Part shown: one piece after another, positions 60,624-64,000 of the stretch
Position numbering within the stretch: position 1 is the stretch's first letter
Layout: each line of letters begins with the position of its first letter
Assembly: GCA_017513085.1 (NCBI GenBank)
Contig: JAFWDK010000018.1
Location: 36,679 to 100,678 of the forward strand
Length of the DNA stretch: 64,000 nt
Reading direction: 5' to 3'
Source of the DNA: Clostridiales bacterium
GTDB lineage: Bacteria; Bacillota; Clostridia; Saccharofermentanales; Saccharofermentanaceae
Translations under genes and position numbers: made by a program
Notes under the pieces: model-generated
Databases searched by the model: none
Told to the model about the DNA's origin: nothing
The model's input: only the letters and a program-made list of their open reading frames with translations

Positions 60624-61610
60624 TTATCCTGTAACCTTCAAGGCTGCAAAAAAGCGGAAAATCGCTTTTTTAGATGATGCTTCATTTTTGGTCTCCACGC
60701 AGATGATCGTATTTTCAAACCAGAACCAATAAGTTGCCGCTTCATCCTCATAATGTGCCACGAAGAATCCCCAGTTGTCCTTGATATTCTTCTCATGCTC
60801 TTTTCCACGGTCATAATAGTTATACACATCTGAAAAATAATCAGAAGCAGTTTGTACAGAGGGCATTGAAAAGTATTCGTATACAGTCGATGAATCAGCA
60901 CTATAAGCAGCCGCCAGCAAATTCTTATCCGCACCGGACTTGGAAGTATCCAAATCGTGATAATCTTTAAAAGCATCGTCACCGGTCAACTTGATCGCAT
61001 CTTTAAAGGTATCAAGAGTGACATGATCGGCAGGAATAATGAAATGAAGATCAGCATCATTCAGATCGTCATCCGATATGACAGGAATCTTTTTTTCTAC
61101 GAGGATAACATTCATTTTTACAAACAGATCCTGATAAAGTGACTCAACTTTAGTAGCAACCCAATAGCCTTCCTCTATACGGAAGCGTAATTGAAACTTC
61201 AACTCAAGATACTCCTCAATTGGTTGCTCTGCCAAAACAGCAGTAAAACTCTCCAGCGTACCATCTGAAGAGGTATATGCTTTTTCGTAATCAGGATATT
61301 TTAGAACACAATTACAGGAAGCTCGATTTGTTTTTTCATTTACAGAATCATGGTCGATCGTATATACCATCCGCTCAGTGACAGCATCTATATATTCATC
61401 CGCAGCAATATGCTTAATGGAATCAATATACCCATCACTAAGATCAGAAAGAATATGAACCAGGCGGTATTTTCTCGCAAGAAAAACATTCATAAATTCT
61501 TCTGCATGAATCTCGCAGGATGTCTTCTTGTCATCACCACAAGCAGACATAGAAAGAAGGATCAAGAAGGAAAGCAATATACAAATTGTCCTCTTCATTG
61601 TTTCTTTCAT
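60624..61610 (-). CDS. Hypothetical lipoprotein
   Basis: Lipobox MSAC; ATG 61610 behind GAGGAG (the ORF-track extension runs through the tRNA and is spurious). Confidence 0.7.
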   Translation of the reverse strand: MKETMKRTICILLSFLILLSMSACGDDKKTSCEIHAEEFMNVFLARKYRLVHILSDLSDGYIDSIKHIAADEYIDAVTERMVYTIDHDSVNEKTNRASCNCVLKYPDYEKAYTSSDGTLESFTAVLAEQPIEEYLELKFQLRFRIEEGYWVATKVESLYQDLFVKMNVILVEKKIPVISDDDLNDADLHFIIPADHVTLDTFKDAIKLTGDDAFKDYHDLDTSKSGADKNLLAAAYSADSSTVYEYFSMPSVQTASDYFSDVYNYYDRGKEHEKNIKDNWGFFVAHYEDEAATYWFWFENTIICVETKNEASSKKAIFRFFAALKVTG

Positions 61611-61672
61611 AGTACTCCTCCATGTATCAGAACCTAATGTAATTATACTCGAAAAAAACATATAGAATAAAC

Positions 61673-61705
61673 AAAAAAAGAGTTGTCTTTTATAAGACAA
61701 CTCTT
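61673..61705 (-). terminator. Terminator directly after tRNA-Leu
   Basis: AAGAGTTGTCTT...AAGACAACTCTT with T-run on the - strand. Confidence 0.85.
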
Positions 61706-61788
61706 TGGTGCGGCGAACGGGACTTGAACCCGTATGGTCGCCCACACGCCCCTCAAACGTGCGCGTCTGCCAATTCCGCCACCGCCGC
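61706..61788 (-). tRNA. tRNA-Leu(GAG)
   Basis: GCGGCGG acceptor, D-loop TTGG, anticodon arm CACGT-TTGAGGG-GCGTG, long variable arm, GGTTCAAGTCC T-loop, encoded CCA. Confidence 0.96.
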
Positions 61789-61807
61789 ATGGCTTAAAGC
61801 ATGAATC

Positions 61808-61836
61808 ATTATACAGATTGAAAGTGGTGATGTCAA
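61808..61836 (-). promoter_or_regulatory. Consensus sigma-A promoter for tRNA-Leu
   Basis: Perfect TTGACA-17-TATAAT on the - strand. Confidence 0.85.
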
Positions 61837-61851
61837 TAGCCGATTTTAAAC

Positions 61852-61886
61852 AAAAAAGGCAGTCTCTTTCGAAACTGCCTTTTTTT
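61852..61886. terminator. Terminator after the surface-protein gene
   Basis: AAAAAAGGCAGT...ACTGCCTTTTTT. Confidence 0.85.
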
Positions 61887-61905
61887 GTTTCATCCCTAAC
61901 AGGTA

Positions 61906-64000
61906 TTACTCCTGATCCTCTTCCTTCTTCTTTCTGGCCACTACTGTGATTGCAGCGCTAACAGAAATAGCGATGAATACAAGACCGGCAAGAAGTGTTG
62001 CATTGCTTCCTGTATCACCTGTCTTCGGAATTCTGGACTGACCAAGAACTCCAGTCGGAACAGGTGTCTGTGTCGGAGGAACCGGTGTAGTTGTCGGGAT
62101 AACCTCCTCTACAGGTGTTGGTGTAGGTGCCGATGTCGGAGTCGGAGCAATTGTCGGAGTCGGTTCAGAATCGATCGGCGACGTTGTCGGCTGCGGTATC
62201 GGTGTCGAAGTCGGGATTGGCGTAGCCGTCGGCTTCGGAGTAGGTGTATCTGTCGGTACAGGTGTCTCTGTAGGAACAGGTGTTTCTGTCGGAACAGGTG
62301 TCTCTGTAGGAACAGGTGTTTCTGTCGGTACAGGTGTAGGCGTCTCCGTCGGCAACGGTGTAGGTGTATTAGTCACCGTCGGGGTAGGTGTCGCCGTAAC
62401 TGTTGGCGTCGGCGTATCAGTCGGCGTCGGGAACGGAGTCGATGTCGGAACAGGTGTTGATGTCGGCATCGGTGTCGGCGTCTCTGTCGGAGTCGGAGTA
62501 GGTGTCTCCTCTACCGGAGTCGGTGTAGGCGTCTCTGTCGGAGTCGGTGTAGGCGTCTCTGTCGGAGTCGGTGTAGGTGTCTCCGTCGGAGTCGGAGTAG
62601 GTGTCTCTGTCGGAGTCGGTGTCGGTGTCTCCGTCGGAGTCGGTGTAGGCGTCTCTGTCGGAGTCGGTGTAGGTGTCTCCGTCGGAGTCGGTGTAGGTGT
62701 CTCTGTTGGTGTAGGTGTCGGCAACAGCTCATCCTTCATCGTAACGATAGCCGGATTACCATTGGCAGCCTCTGTTACATACTCAACATCACCCTTCACA
62801 ACACCATTCTCGATTGTGAAAATGATATCTGTGGTTACGTCATATCCAGCCGGAGCCGCATTCTCGGAAAGTGTATACTTACCATCCGGGAGATTCTTGA
62901 TCAACGTAGAAGTCTTACCGGAAGTAAACTTCACGCCAGTACCATTGTACTTCTCGTCAAGTACAGCTTCGTCGCCAAGAACTACATCATTCTTGTCAAT
63001 TACGATTGCCTTATTCTCAGTATCAAAACCAGCCAGGATAAGCTCTGCACCAACGAGTTCCTCAGAACCATCAATATTTGTCTTGCTGATTGCTACATCC
63101 GTCTTATACGGAGTAGGAGTATTTGTTGGTGTAGGTGTCTCCGTCGGAGTAGCTGTAGGTGTAGCTGTAGGTGTATTAGTAGGTGTCGGCAAGAGAGCAT
63201 CCTTCATCGTAACGATGGCCGGGTTGCCATTGCTTGCCTTAGTTACATACTTAACATCACCGTTCACAACACCATTCTCGATCGTGAAAATGATATCTGT
63301 TGTTACATCATAACCAGCCGGAGCTGCATTCTCGGAAAGTGTGTATACTCCATCCGGAAGGCCCTTGAACAATGTCGCAGAAGAACCGGATGTGAATTTT
63401 ACACCAAATCCTGTATACAATCTGTCAAAGTAAGCATCCTTGCCCAATTCAACAAGATTCTTATCGATCATGATATCAACACCGGTCTTATCCAAACCTT
63501 CGAGTGTCATCAAAGCACCTTCAAGTTCCTTGGAACCATCAATGTTTGTCTTGCTGATCGCTACATCTGTCTTATAAGGTGTAGGTGTAGGAGTATTTGT
63601 AGGTGTCGGTGTATTAGTCGGCGTAGGTGTATTGGTCGGTGTAGGTGTGTTTGTAGGTGTAGGTGTCGGCAACAAAGCATCCTTCATCGTAACGATTGCC
63701 GGGTTGCCGTTGTTTGCCTTAGTTACATATTTAACATCACCACTCACGACACCATTCTCGATTGTGAAAATGATATCTGTTGTTACATCATAACCAGCCG
63801 GAGCTGCGTTCTCTTTAAGTGTGTACTTACCATCCGGGAGATTCTTGATCAATGTCGCAGAAGAACCGGATGTAAATCTTACACCATTACCGTTATATGT
63901 TTTATCAAGAGATGCGCCCTTACCGAGAACAACATCAGCTTTGTTGATAACGATTGCTTTACCATTTGCATCAACACCGGTAAGTGTCATCAAAGCGCCC
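61906..64000 (-). CDS. Sortase-anchored surface protein with repeated SpaA/CnaB-like domains and Pro/Thr stalks (5' end outside window)
   Basis: At least three near-identical units (ISKT...GA...[15 protein letters not shown]...TMKD), IPKTG + TM + RKKK sorting signal. Confidence 0.9.
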   Translation of the reverse strand, partial: GALMTLTGVDANGKAIVINKADVVLGKGASLDKTYNGNGVRFTSGSSATLIKNLPDGKYTLKENAAPAGYDVTTDIIFTIENGVVSGDVKYVTKANNGNPAIVTMKDALLPTPTPTNTPTPTNTPTPTNTPTPTNTPTPTPYKTDVAISKTNIDGSKELEGALMTLEGLDKTGVDIMIDKNLVELGKDAYFDRLYTGFGVKFTSGSSATLFKGLPDGVYTLSENAAPAGYDVTTDIIFTIENGVVNGDVKYVTKASNGNPAIVTMKDALLPTPTNTPTATPTATPTETPTPTNTPTPYKTDVAISKTNIDGSEELVGAELILAGFDTENKAIVIDKNDVVLGDEAVLDEKYNGTGVKFTSGKTSTLIKNLPDGKYTLSENAAPAGYDVTTDIIFTIENGVVKGDVEYVTEAANGNPAIVTMKDELLPTPTPTETPTPTPTETPTPTPTETPTPTPTETPTPTPTETPTPTPTETPTPTPTETPTPTPTETPTPTPVEETPTPTPTETPTPMPTSTPVPTSTPFPTPTDTPTPTVTATPTPTVTNTPTPLPTETPTPVPTETPVPTETPVPTETPVPTETPVPTDTPTPKPTATPIPTSTPIPQPTTSPIDSEPTPTIAPTPTSAPTPTPVEEVIPTTTPVPPTQTPVPTGVLGQSRIPKTGDTGSNATLLAGLVFIAISVSAAITVVARKKKEEDQE
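62490..62720. repeat. 24-bp tandem repeat encoding (TPTPTPTE)n
   Basis: About nine imperfect copies of GGAGTCGGTGTAGGYGTCTCYGTC. Confidence 0.9.

Noticed and set aside
61611-61790. N-terminal extension of ORF 60624..61790
   Set aside because: It runs through tRNA-Leu and its terminator; the SD-supported start is 61610.
62230-62720. Regularly spaced direct repeats that could suggest a CRISPR array
   Set aside because: Contiguous 18- and 24-bp in-frame coding repeats with no unique spacers and no cas genes.

Overview
Core-chromosome segment (~45-50% GC by eye) of a Gram-positive anaerobe. Gene content (IspH-S1 fusion, type-2 IleRS, GlnRS, IorAB, GH120/GH3, Pro/Thr-linker surface proteins) suggests a gut or rumen Clostridia member; this taxonomy is inference only. 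It carries translation genes (pyrH, tsf, rpsB, ispH-rpsA, trpS, ileS, gltX, glnS, tmRNA, tRNA-Leu), scpAB, cmk, a two-component system, glycosidases, envelope and c-di-AMP genes, sepF/yggS, iorAB with a solute symporter, and the 3' end of an LPXTG-type adhesin. No integrase, transposase, prophage or CRISPR array was seen. The main signal is five full-length, uninterrupted ORFs within ~21 kb (25.1-45.9 kb) that keep a recognisable enzyme fold but have lost canonical catalytic residues: LacZ-like GH2, Amidase_3, UDP-galactopyranose mutase, M28 peptidase and 3-dehydroquinate synthase. Two of them, plus a stand-alone glycosidase-like beta-sandwich, form one apparent operon. Other candidates: a promoter and SD/ATG nested inside ispH that could express S1 alone, a CdaA-YbbR fusion, an EF-Tu-domain-II/SseB fusion, and a probable sRNA locus at 42.3 kb. 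All motif comparisons were made by eye against remembered family consensus and need alignment to confirm.
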